From the IMG/VR virus record IMGVR_UViG_3300020442_000017, positions 1 to 64,000 of that record: 64,000 bases of DNA. One strand, 5' to 3'. The notes under the pieces were generated by a model that was not told where the DNA came from, searched no databases, and was given only the letters and a program-made list of their open reading frames with translations. Shown here in pieces: positions 1-12,000 of this stretch (positions within the stretch are counted from its first letter, which is position 1; each line of letters opens with the position of its first letter). Position numbers and translations under genes: made by a program. Origin of the DNA: a virus.

Positions 1-3000
1 TCTACATGGGGTATTTGTGGTATCTGGGCAAATGGTTTGAAAGCCACTGGTTTCAAATCAATGGTTATCGCTCAGTACACTGGTGTATCTCTACAGAAAG
101 ACGATAGAGCATTCATCCGTTACGACGAGTTTACCAACACATTCAATCAAGCATCACTGAAGGATGCATTTGCTACTGTTCCTTATCATACTAAGGGTGA
201 TGCATTCTGGAAGGATGACTGGAGAAACTTCCACGTTCGTGCATCTGAAGACGCATTCATTCAGTGTGTTAGTATCTTCGCCGTTGGTTTCGCTGATCAC
301 TTCCTAATGGAAAGTGGTGGTGATATGTCAATCACCAACTCTAACTCTAACTTTGGTAACACATCCTTACATGCTATTGGTTTCAAAGGATTTGCATTCA
401 ACCAAGATAAGGGTGGTTATCTAACAGACATTATTCCTCCAAAGATTGTTGAGGAAGTAGGAAATAGTAAGAAACAAGCATACTATACTATTGACGTTCA
501 GGCATCTAACGATCAAGGAAACCACACCAAACTATATCTTGGTGATGATAATGCTTATGTCCCAACTGAAAGACCTGCTGCTACAATCGGTGGTTATCGT
601 ATTGGTGCGAAGTCTGATGAAAAAATCTATGTAAAACTATCACCAAGAACTACTGGTGGTAATAGTGAGTTCAATGCAACTCTAACTCCAAATGGATTTA
701 AGAAGTTTACTGCTACTCCAGATATTCTAAATCCTAATGCTGCACAGGTTAATAATAAAGCACAAGATGCTGCTAATCTGATTGAAGCAAACAAAGAATT
801 TATTGCTTATGAAGCATATGGTTACATCACTGCAAAGTATCCAGCACTTCTAGTCAAGCAAAGTATTCAGATTGTTAAGTGTCGTCGTGATATTGGTTAT
901 CTACTTGATGCTACTATCCAAGACTTGAGACTTGGTGGTAACATCAATACTATTCAAGCTGCTGAATCTTATTATGTTAAGAGTGGTGGTACTGATAGTC
1001 TCAGTTACATTAATAATGAACTGCAAGAAACTCTAGAAGGTTACTACTATGCTAGAGATCTAGCAATTGCTGCTCTTCGTAACTATTCATATAAGAGAAC
1101 TGGTGTAGAGACAACTGCTGGTAATTCTATCATCAAAGTTGGTGATAGCAGTGGTATTGTACCAGGCATGACTGTTGCTGACTACGCACCTAGTGAGTTT
1201 GAGAATGCACAAGGCACTCAAACAAATGATCTTAAGAATGGTGCTACCAGACCAGCACAACCTGTTATTCCTGACAATACATTTGTTAAGCGTATTGTTG
1301 ATGCTACCACAGTTGAACTTGGTCAGAGAGCAACAACTAGCGTCAAGCAAGTAGTAGCAGATCGTAATGGTGATGCAAGAGAGTTGATTCTTGCTAACAA
1401 GACATTTATTGCTACAGAAGCATATGAAAGAATGCTTCTTGATTATCCTAATTACACACCTTCTACTGGTTATAATGCAACCACAGGTAAGGCAAAGTGT
1501 ATTGATGACCTAGAGAAAGCAATTGAAGCAGTTGCAGAAAACACTGCTTTTGGTGGTAATGCTGATACATGGGATGCAGCATACTATTATGATAGTGGTG
1601 CTGTTCAAGATCTAGCAGCAAAGAAAGACGAAACTATTACAGCATTTAATTACTGTAAAGATATGGCCATTCAGGTCATGCGTAAAGAAGATGTGTTCAT
1701 CTTTGGTACTCATGGTCTAACACAGTCTACAGTTACACCTAATGACCCTGTTACTGAAGAACAGGGAGAACTAGTTAATGATAGAAATGGTGATGCTCGT
1801 AATCTAATCCTTGCTAACAAGAATCTAATTGCTCATGAAGCAGTTCAGAGAATGATTCTTGAATCATCAACAGATCAATTCACACCTACAGGTGCTGTAT
1901 ATGATCCTACTGCTGGTGATCTAACACTTACAATCTCTCAGCATGGTCTAACTGGTGCTGATTCTTATACTGTACAGAGTGCAGATTATGATCCTGTAAG
2001 TGGAAAACTAACAGTAACTATTCCTAACCATAGTTTTGGTAACGGTGAAAGAGTTAAGTTTGATGATAACTCTCTTACCTTTACATGCTCACAGGATAGT
2101 AATGCTACCAACCACACATATCCAAGAGTAAGCGACCCTGTAAGTAATAAGTGGTTGCAAATTTCTCACGTGACCACAAATACTTTTGAGGTCAATGTTG
2201 GTGATACTCTTGATGGTAACTACACTCATACATTTGTATCTGCCGTCACTAATGGTCTTAAGAGAGCAGCGGATAGTGTAAGATTTGATTACAATTCATT
2301 CACATTTACATGTGCGATGGATTCTTCTGAGCAGAAGACATATCCTCGTATTGGTGATCCTGCTGGTGGTAGAGTTCTTCCTATTAGTACAACAACTGCT
2401 GATACTATTACAGTTGCAGTTGGTAAATCACTACTAGTTGATCATGATGTAACCACTGCTGATTACGATCCAAATTCAGGTGAACTTACACTAGACATTG
2501 GTGCTCACAATCTTTCTGTAGGAACTAGCATCAAGATTCCTAATAACGCACTATCATTCAAGTGTGCTCAAGACAACTTCACTGCTGTTAAGACATATCC
2601 ACGTGCAGGTGTTGATCCTTATGCTGATAAGGCAATCAAGATTGAAAAGGTAGGATCTTCTTTCCATACAGCAACTGATGGTGCATACAACCCCACCACT
2701 GGTGATCTAACAATTACAATTCCTAATCATGGTTTTGCTAATGGTAGTAGAGTTAGATTGGCAGATAATTCATTCACATTTACATGTGCAATGGATAATT
2801 ATGCTACTGAGCATTCATATCCAAGAGAGGGAGATCCTGCAAGCGGTGAGTTCTTAGATGTTTCTAATGTAACTACCAATACATTCACAGTTAATGTTGG
2901 ACCTGCTGGTTCTACACAACAGTTCACACCTACAAATGCATCATATGATTCTGCAAGTGGTGAACTAACTCTTACCATTGCTGGTCATGGTTTAGGTATT

Positions 3001-6000
3001 GGTGAAGGTGTTGTCATTGCAGATAATGCACTATCATTTACCTGTAACATGGATGGTAATGATAGCACAAAGACATATCCACGTACCAACAAGGATAATG
3101 CATCTTCTAGATCTTTGTCTATTGTCAAGAAGACTACTGATACCATTACATTAAATGTTGGTAATGCTGGTAATAACAAGACATTTACTCCTACAACAGG
3201 TTCATATAATGAAACAACTGGTGCTTTAGATCTTAACATTGGTCAGCATGGTCTTGCTGTTGGATCTAACATTGTACTAAAAGATAATTCAATTAGATTT
3301 ACATGTGATAAGGATGGCAACCAGAGTGTTGAGAGTTATCCTCGTCCTCAGGTTGACCCATTTGCAGGTAAATCTATTGAGATTACTGATGTTGCATACA
3401 CAGAATCTACTGCTACTGGTGCAACATACAATCCTCACAATGGTGATCTAGAGATTACAGTTCCTAGTCATGGATTTACTGGTCCTCAAGAGTTCACACC
3501 TCTAGTTGGTCAAACTGCATACGATGCAGCGACTGGTGTTCTAACACTTCAGATTCCTAACCATGGTCTACAAAATGGTGAGTATATCAGAATTAAGGAT
3601 AATTCACTAACATTTACTTGCACCAAGGATAGTGATGCTACTAACCACACATATCCACGTGCTACTGATCCTGCTAGTAATAAGGATCTAGTTGTTAGCA
3701 ATGCAACTCAAAGCACATTTGAGGTCAATATTGGACCTGCTGGTGGTTATGGACAATATGTACACACATTCGTATCTGCTGCGACTGGTGCTGTTACTGC
3801 TGGTGGTGATTACATTCAGGTTGCAGATAACTCTCTATCATTCAAGTGTAGTCTAGATGGAGATACTAGTGCTAAAGCATATCCTCGTACTGGATTTGAT
3901 CTACCTAGTGGTAGATGGTTACAAATCAGATCTACAACTGCAAATACATTTGTTGTTAACGTAGGTAAGTCTTCTAATCTCTCTACTCATACATTTGATT
4001 CTGCTGTTGCTAATGGTATTAGAAAGCAGACTGGTGTTATCACAGTTAATGTTGGATTTGATAGCAATACTAACAACCAATACACTCATACATGGGATAG
4101 TGCTTTAGCTGATGCTGTTGAGTTTACTCCTCAGTCTACTCATACATTTGTATCTGCTGTTTCTAATTCTGTATCCCATGCTCCAGATGCAGCACATACA
4201 TTTAAGAGAGCAGCAACTGGTGGTGTTGCCAGACAGAATGGTACTATCACTGTTAATGTTGGTGCTGCTGCTCCAGCAGACAGATACATTCACGTCTGGG
4301 CAGGTGGAACTGCTACTGGTGCTGTCAAGTCTGGTGGTAATTACACTCATGCTTGGGTATCTTCTGGAAATGATTCTGTACATAAGGTATTCTCTATTGC
4401 TGGTAACAGAAACTATCACGACCAAGATTGTGTTGATGATGCTGTAGATGTACTAGAGGCAGTTGCAGATAACGTAGCGTTCGGTGGTAATGATAAGACA
4501 TGGGATGCTGCTTACTCATATAAGACTGGTGCTCACGTTGCTGGTGAGGAGACTGAAACTAATGAAGTCTTCCGTCATGCTAAAGAAATGGCTGGTCAGG
4601 TTATCAAGAACCAAAAGATTCTAAGAATTGGTAACCATGGTATTAGTCAGGTATATGATACTACTATTACTGAGGATGATCCTACTTCTGTAGATAATAA
4701 GAGTGGTGATGCATACAATCTATTGATTGATAATGCTGCATTCATTGCTTCAGAAGCATATGATAGAATGATCTTTGAGTTCCCAGACTTCACACCTCCA
4801 ACTGGTAACCCACAAGATTGTAAGGATGATATCAAAGACTTCGTTGTTGAGATTGCTCATAACGTAGGATTTGGTGGAAACGATAGAGTTTGGGATATGT
4901 CTAATCTCTATGTTTCTGGTGCTCATGTTGTAGGTGAAGAAGCACAAACTCTCAAGGCATTTGAAGATGCTAAAGAGATTATGGTTCAGGTTGCAAGAAA
5001 TGAAAAAGTTCTTGTGAGTGGATCACATGGTAAGACTCAGGCATTTGATAATACTATTACAGTAGATGCATCTACACCAGTTAATAATAAGGTTGCTGAT
5101 GCTAGAGATCTAATTCTTGCTAATAAAAACTTCATTGCTGAGATTGCACTAGGAAGAATGCTTGCACAGTATTCTAACTACATTCCAGCACAGGGTTATA
5201 CTACTAACGATTGTCTTGATGACCTCAAGGATGTTGTAGATGTTGTAGCACATAACCTAGCATATGGTGGCAATGATCGTGTATGGGATGCAGCACTTCT
5301 ATACAATGCAGGTGCTCATGCATCAGGCACTGAGAACGAAACTGTTTATGCATTCAATCAAGTTCGTGATATTATCAGACAGGTAATTGTTAATGATACA
5401 GTTACAGTTGATGGTCACACAGCACTAAGTCAGTCAACTGATACATCTATCACAAATGGTGTTGCTAATGGTGATTGTGATCAGGCAAAAGCAACTGTTA
5501 CTACACTCGTTAGCATTCTAACTAATGCTATCAATACACCATCTTCACTATATGGTATTACTCGCACTGAGTCTAGTTCTAAGTGTGTTGCTGTTGTATC
5601 TACAATCAATACACTATATGATATCGTCAAGAATTCTATCACAACACCTGAAAGTCTTCAGTCTGTAACTAGAACTGTTGGTGGTGGTAAGTGTGACAAC
5701 ATCAGATCTACTATCAATACACTATTTGGTATTGTTACATCTACTGTTGCTAATGGTTCTGCACTAAATTCTATTACAAGAAATATCTCTAACGGTCCTT
5801 GTCAGGAAGTTGCATCAACAGTTACCACACTATTTGGTATTATCACTAATAGTATTAGCACTGCTGGTTACCTAGACACCATTGATAAGACTGAGATTCC
5901 TCTTGGTCTAACATTGGGTCAATCTGTTAATGCTAATTCAACAACTACAGATACCTATCTATGGTTCCAATGGCCAACAACTGGTGGTGTAGCAGACGAT

Positions 6001-9000
6001 GGTATCTACACAGATAAGAAACCAGTTATTGATCCATTCTTTAACAATGATCCTGCCAACGTTGGCAATCAGGATACAAGTTATCCTGAATGTGCTAATG
6101 AAGCAAGTGCTGTTCGTCAGTACTTCACAAATATTGGTACAATCATTCAGTCTGGTTTGGGTAGTGTTGATAGGAATGAACCTACTTCTTCCTCTGCACT
6201 CTCAAGAAGAGCAACTATCTGGACATTAACAGATACATCTAAGGCACCTGCTAATCAATCTGATCCTCATAAATTTGAAACTGGAACACCAGTAAGACTT
6301 GTTCCACGTCCTAAAGCTGGTAAGACAGTTGATAAGCGTAATGTAAGACTACCAAATGGTTTTGATACTAATACTGAATACTATGTAATTGCACCAGGTA
6401 GAGAGACAAATCCACAAGATTTCTCTACAACAACATCATTTAATGGTCTTCAGCAAGACGTTCTAATGCTTGCAAGCAGCAAAGAGAATGCTGCCGCTGG
6501 TATCTATCTACACTCTCAGGAAGTTAATGGTATTCACCCTGACATTGAGATTGATCTGTATCAGTTCACTATTGATGATAGTTATGATCTACATCAATAT
6601 GTTTGTGTTCTTGTAAACAATGGTATTCAAACTGATGTATCTCACATCTTTGATCTACCTAAAGCAAATGTACCTGAAGGTCATCAAGTATTCTTCAGAG
6701 CAGCACCTGGCAAAGATATGCCTACGGTTGGTGGTACTGATGCTAATGACCCTGCTGTTGCAGAACAGTCTGGTGTAAACATTGGCAAACTTAGAGGAGA
6801 TGTATTCTTCTGGGCAAGATATATCACACCTAAGGTATTCAAGATCTATAGATCTCATGCTGATGCAATCAGTGATGTTAATTCTATTGATCTAACATCT
6901 TCTGCTAACATTGGTTTCAATGTATTTGCTAACAAGCGTACATCACCAATGCGTTATGATCCTTCATTCATTAACCCAGCGGTTAGTGATAAGGGTAAGT
7001 GGTTCCTACAAGTAGAACCAAATTCTTCTGGAGCACCTGCAACATCTCAAGAGATTCTTGCAAGACTTCATGACGCTGAATATAACGATGCATCTGGTAA
7101 CACCAAAACTAATGATACTTGGTACACACGTCTGAAGGATGATAGAGTTCCTGATGATCGTATCTATCGTCTACGTTATGTAATTCCTAGTTACCTCAAG
7201 TCTGTTCGTGATCCTCTAAATGGATTCACAATCAAGATGAGGAAGGATGAAACCAGAAAACTTCTTCCACAAAGAATTGTTCTGAAGCCTGCATCTGGAA
7301 ATGCTGTAACTAAGGCGGTCTTCAATAATACCACAGATAGTGGTCAGGCAAATGAAATCATCGGTATGACCGCTGCTCAGTTTGCTAATCCTGGTGGTAA
7401 TCAGAATGCACTTGATACATCTAAGAGATATGATCCTTATAGGAAGGATCTAACAGGTGGAGGTAAAGAGTATCAAGCATATATTAGAACTGACTCTACA
7501 ATTCAGGCAACAATCCAGTCTGGTAGATACTTTATTGATGGTGTAAGTGGTGATGAACTACTAGAACTAACTGTATTTGACCCTGAAATTGATTCTCAAG
7601 TTCCTGCACTTAAGAATGAAACTCTCACCAGTGTTAAGATTACTGCACCTCAGGGTGGTAGTTTTGTTTCTAATACTGCTAATCCTGTTAGTGGATACTT
7701 CCAGAATACTAAGGTTGAATGGGATGGTAATGATAAGGGTACTGGTTATATCCACGCTGCTCTAAATGTACCTGGTACTACAACATGGCACCTAATTCTT
7801 AAGGGTATCAGTGGTACTCTAGATTATAGTTCTACTGAAGACACTAGATTTACACAGGTTCAGGGTAGTACAGTTGTATTTGCTGATCAACTTCAGGATC
7901 CTGATGATGGTAAGTCACTAGAACTTAAGGAACTTATTCGCAAGGGTTATCCACAATATTATTATAAAGAGAAGTCATCTAACGTATACACACTAACTCC
8001 TGGTGATACTATTACTGACCAAGCAGGTAATCAATATTACATTGATTCTGTAAATGATATTGGTGAGATTGAAGACACCTTCTATATCTTTGATGTTGAA
8101 ACAATTCAAAGACGTATTTTTGAGCAGCAAGATGGTATCTATTATCTAACTGCTGTACGTGGTAATGTTTCTCCATTCCCAACTGGTGCTGGTAACTTAG
8201 GTAACTTTAGAAACTTCAAGTTCTCTCAACCAATCAGCAAACTATATCCACTAAACTATAAGAACGATCCAGTATGGTTCAAGCAATTAGATCCTAACTT
8301 CGTTGATCCTCCAGCAACATTCTCTGCTGCTGATAACTATGTTCATGGTCTAGTTACTGTCAATGACTTTAAAGGTTCTATCACCAAAGAATCTATCATT
8401 GATATCATTGAATCTCCTGCACTATCTAATAATACTTACACAGGATCTAATGTTGTTCAGGCACAAGCAGGTAATGCTGCTTCTGGATCTGAAGATCGTA
8501 AGATTCCTATTGCTGGTGACAATACAGTTGTTGTTGATCAAAGACTCTACGTTGAACTTCGTAGACCATCTATCGCTCGTGCTGGTAACCATACGTTTGA
8601 ATATCTTGGTTTTGGTCCAGGTAACTACTCCACTGGTCTACCTGCTAGACAGGATGTTATCCTTACCACAACTCAAGACTTCTATGCACAGTCTAAGAAG
8701 CAAGATGGTGGTCTTGTATTCTACACTGGTCTAAACTCTAATGGTGACCTATACATTGGTAACCGTAAGATTGACGCTATTACTGGTGAGGAAGTATTCC
8801 TAGAGTCTGCACAGTTAGTTGACTCTGAAGATCCTGATGATCTCATTGATAGCCTCGTCACAACATTTGACACTCCTGTAACATTCAACCAGAATATTAC
8901 AGTCAATGGTGGTGATGAAGGTAAGTTAGTCAATACATTCAACTCACCTGTAACAGTTAATGTTGCTAGTGGTTTGGGTCTAAATTCCCTCACCATTCTA

Positions 9001-12000
9001 TCAACTGTTAATCCTAATGCAACTCCAGTTGGAGATGATGAGACACTTGATAGATCTGCACAGCAGGGCAATCAAATGACCAACGGTGACATTGTTCTTA
9101 ATAAGAACATGATCGCTGCTTCTATCTTCCAGTTCAACCCACGTGGTTCTAATGGATTTGCACAAGGTTATAAGATTCAGAACCATGTTGTAGCATCAGA
9201 AGGTTCTAATGCTACTCCTTCACAAAGTGCAACCGATAAAGATTACTTTGATAATACTCAGGTAGTTCGTTATGGTACTAATGGTCCCCTACCTGTACCT
9301 GGCGACATCCTACTCAAGGGTGATAGTGTTGGTGCATCTGGTTCTATTGGTTGGATTTATGCTAACTCTTACTATGTACTAGGAGATCAAACTGCTAACA
9401 ATCCTGACCAAGTATTCAATGTTGTATTTGATGGTAGTAATCTAGTTAGAATTAACTGGAAGAATGCCAAACAGAATGATTCCTTCGGTCCTAAGATTAC
9501 ATCTGCCACTAAGATTAGAATTAAGAATTGCAGTGTACCACAACTCAATGGTGTATTCAGCGTTGATCCTAATACATTCAGTTCTACTAATGATTACATC
9601 AAGATTGTTATTGGTGCAAATGTTACTAACTCTCCAATTGTTTGGAACAATGAAGTTAATGCTTCTATGGAGTATGCTGATACTTCATGGAAAGAGTGGG
9701 GTGTTCTTGGTTCTGAGGCAATCAGAACAGAAACATCTACACTAACTGATTACAGAGTTGGTATTAACACTGTCGCTAGATCTAGCAACACAGATGCTTG
9801 GAAGACTTCATTCGTTAATACTTCTACTATACCTAAAGCTAACCTAGATGTTGAAGGTAATGGTATCATTACTGGTTACAGTATTGCATATGCAACTGGT
9901 AATCGTTCTGCCATGGAAAATGCATTCGTGGTTGGTACTGCAACACCTAATGATCTAACACAATCTTCTGTCTTCCGCATCAATGCTGCCACCAATCGTG
10001 TTGGTATTAATGTATCTGATGATGGAACTGGTTCTACACAACTTGATAGAACTCTTGTTGTTAATGGTAATGGTAGATTCACCAACGATGTTAAGTTTGA
10101 GCAAGACATTGATGTTAATGGTGGTGGTCCTGGTGCTGCTAATACTGCTGAGATCAGAACTTCTATCACTGATGGAACGTTTGAGTTCATCATGGACAAC
10201 ACATTTGTCGGTCAACATGATGCTTATGCTTCAAGTGTTGGTGGTAGTAATGGATTCAAGATGGCTGGTTATGCCAAGAACATTGAATTTGGTAATGAGC
10301 AATCAGCAATCCAAGAGTTTGAGATTGGTAACAAGGCAAATAAGAGTTTCGTTGATCTAGGTGCAACTCCTGATGGAGACGGTACTAACGCACACATTTC
10401 TAGAATTTCTATTGGTGGTGCATTTGATAGTACTGAAACAGATTCCTATACACAGATTAATAACAAGGAACTAAAAATTGCTGGTGACATTCTACTTGGT
10501 CAAGTTAAGGACAAAGCAACTGGCACTAACACAACCAGAAGAGGTGCTGGAGACACTGCGTTCTTCAGATCAACTGCATCTAAAGTCTCTCTACTAGGAG
10601 ACAACAGTGCAACAACAATCGTTGATTTTGCTACTAATGCATCACAGTTAACAATTGCTGGTCAAGGTGGTAGCACCAGAATTAGAAACAATACAACAGT
10701 TGATGCTACTTTAAGAGTAAACAGTGACATTATATTATGTGGTGGTCTCAACAACTTCTCATTCACTGCTGATAGAAAGCAAGCAGGTTCTAAATCTATT
10801 ATCGCACATACCAATGGTATTCTCGGTAATAATCTTTATAATAAGAATGTAGATATTCTTGATGTCCTAAGAGTTAATGCACCAACAACAACTCCTGTTG
10901 GTAACAAGTCTGCTTATAACAGAATTGATACTGGTGGTTCAGGTACATGGGGTGATGCGACATATAGTCAAGCAATTCCACAAGCAGGATTACCTGCTCT
11001 ACCTACTGGACAATATTACTTACCACTTAAGTTTAGTCCTTTCAATAATGTAACCACTGCTAATCCTGATGGAGATCAGTATTTTAATGAGAATGATATT
11101 CTTCTCATTGACAGTGCTGAGACAGCAACTGGTCATGCTGAATTTGTTAAGATCGTTTCTCTACCAAGAATCGTATCAACAAATGCACCTTACTACATTG
11201 TTGTAACCAGACAACCATTTGGTTCATTTACCAACATTTCCACAACACATGCTGATACAACACCAATTTATAAGGTAACTGTTCAGTTAGATTCTACTTG
11301 GATTACATCTGATATTGATCAGAGTGCTGGTAATAAGACAATCAATCTATCACAATTCGGTGGTAGTCTTGATGTTGCAGATTATGTAATCATCTCACGT
11401 GAAGATGGTACTCCTGCAAATGATGGTGTTGATGATGAAGGTGAAATCTTCAAATTGACAACTGTAATTAACGCAGTTGCGAAAAAATTATCCGTCAAAA
11501 AAGGGTGTGATTCTGCTTCAGAGAAAACAGTATTTGAAGTTGATTCAATTACTGGTAGTGTTACTATCGGTGATGGCACTGAGAATACAAATACTCTAAT
11601 CAACGGTTCACTAGCTATCAAGGGCAAGTGTTCTGCTTCTGATAATGTCTACCCATCTACTGATTTTGCTAACAATAGTAAGTTTACTCTTAGTAATCAA
11701 GAATTACCTGTATTCAGCGTTGATATTTGCACTGGTGATACTGTTGTAGGTCAAGCTGCTGGTACTGTATTTGTTGTTGGTCAATACTATGGATCAACTG
11801 CTGCTGCTCATGATGAAACAACAGTTGTTACATCATATGTTTATGATGCAACTTCACTACAAGCAAATGGTGCTATCACCACACTAGCAAATGCTGTTGG
11901 AACAGGTGACTATGACATTCCTATTTCTAGTAATGTAGATGCATTCCAGAAGGATGACATGATCGCTATTATTGATGGCGATAGTAATATTGAGATCCTT

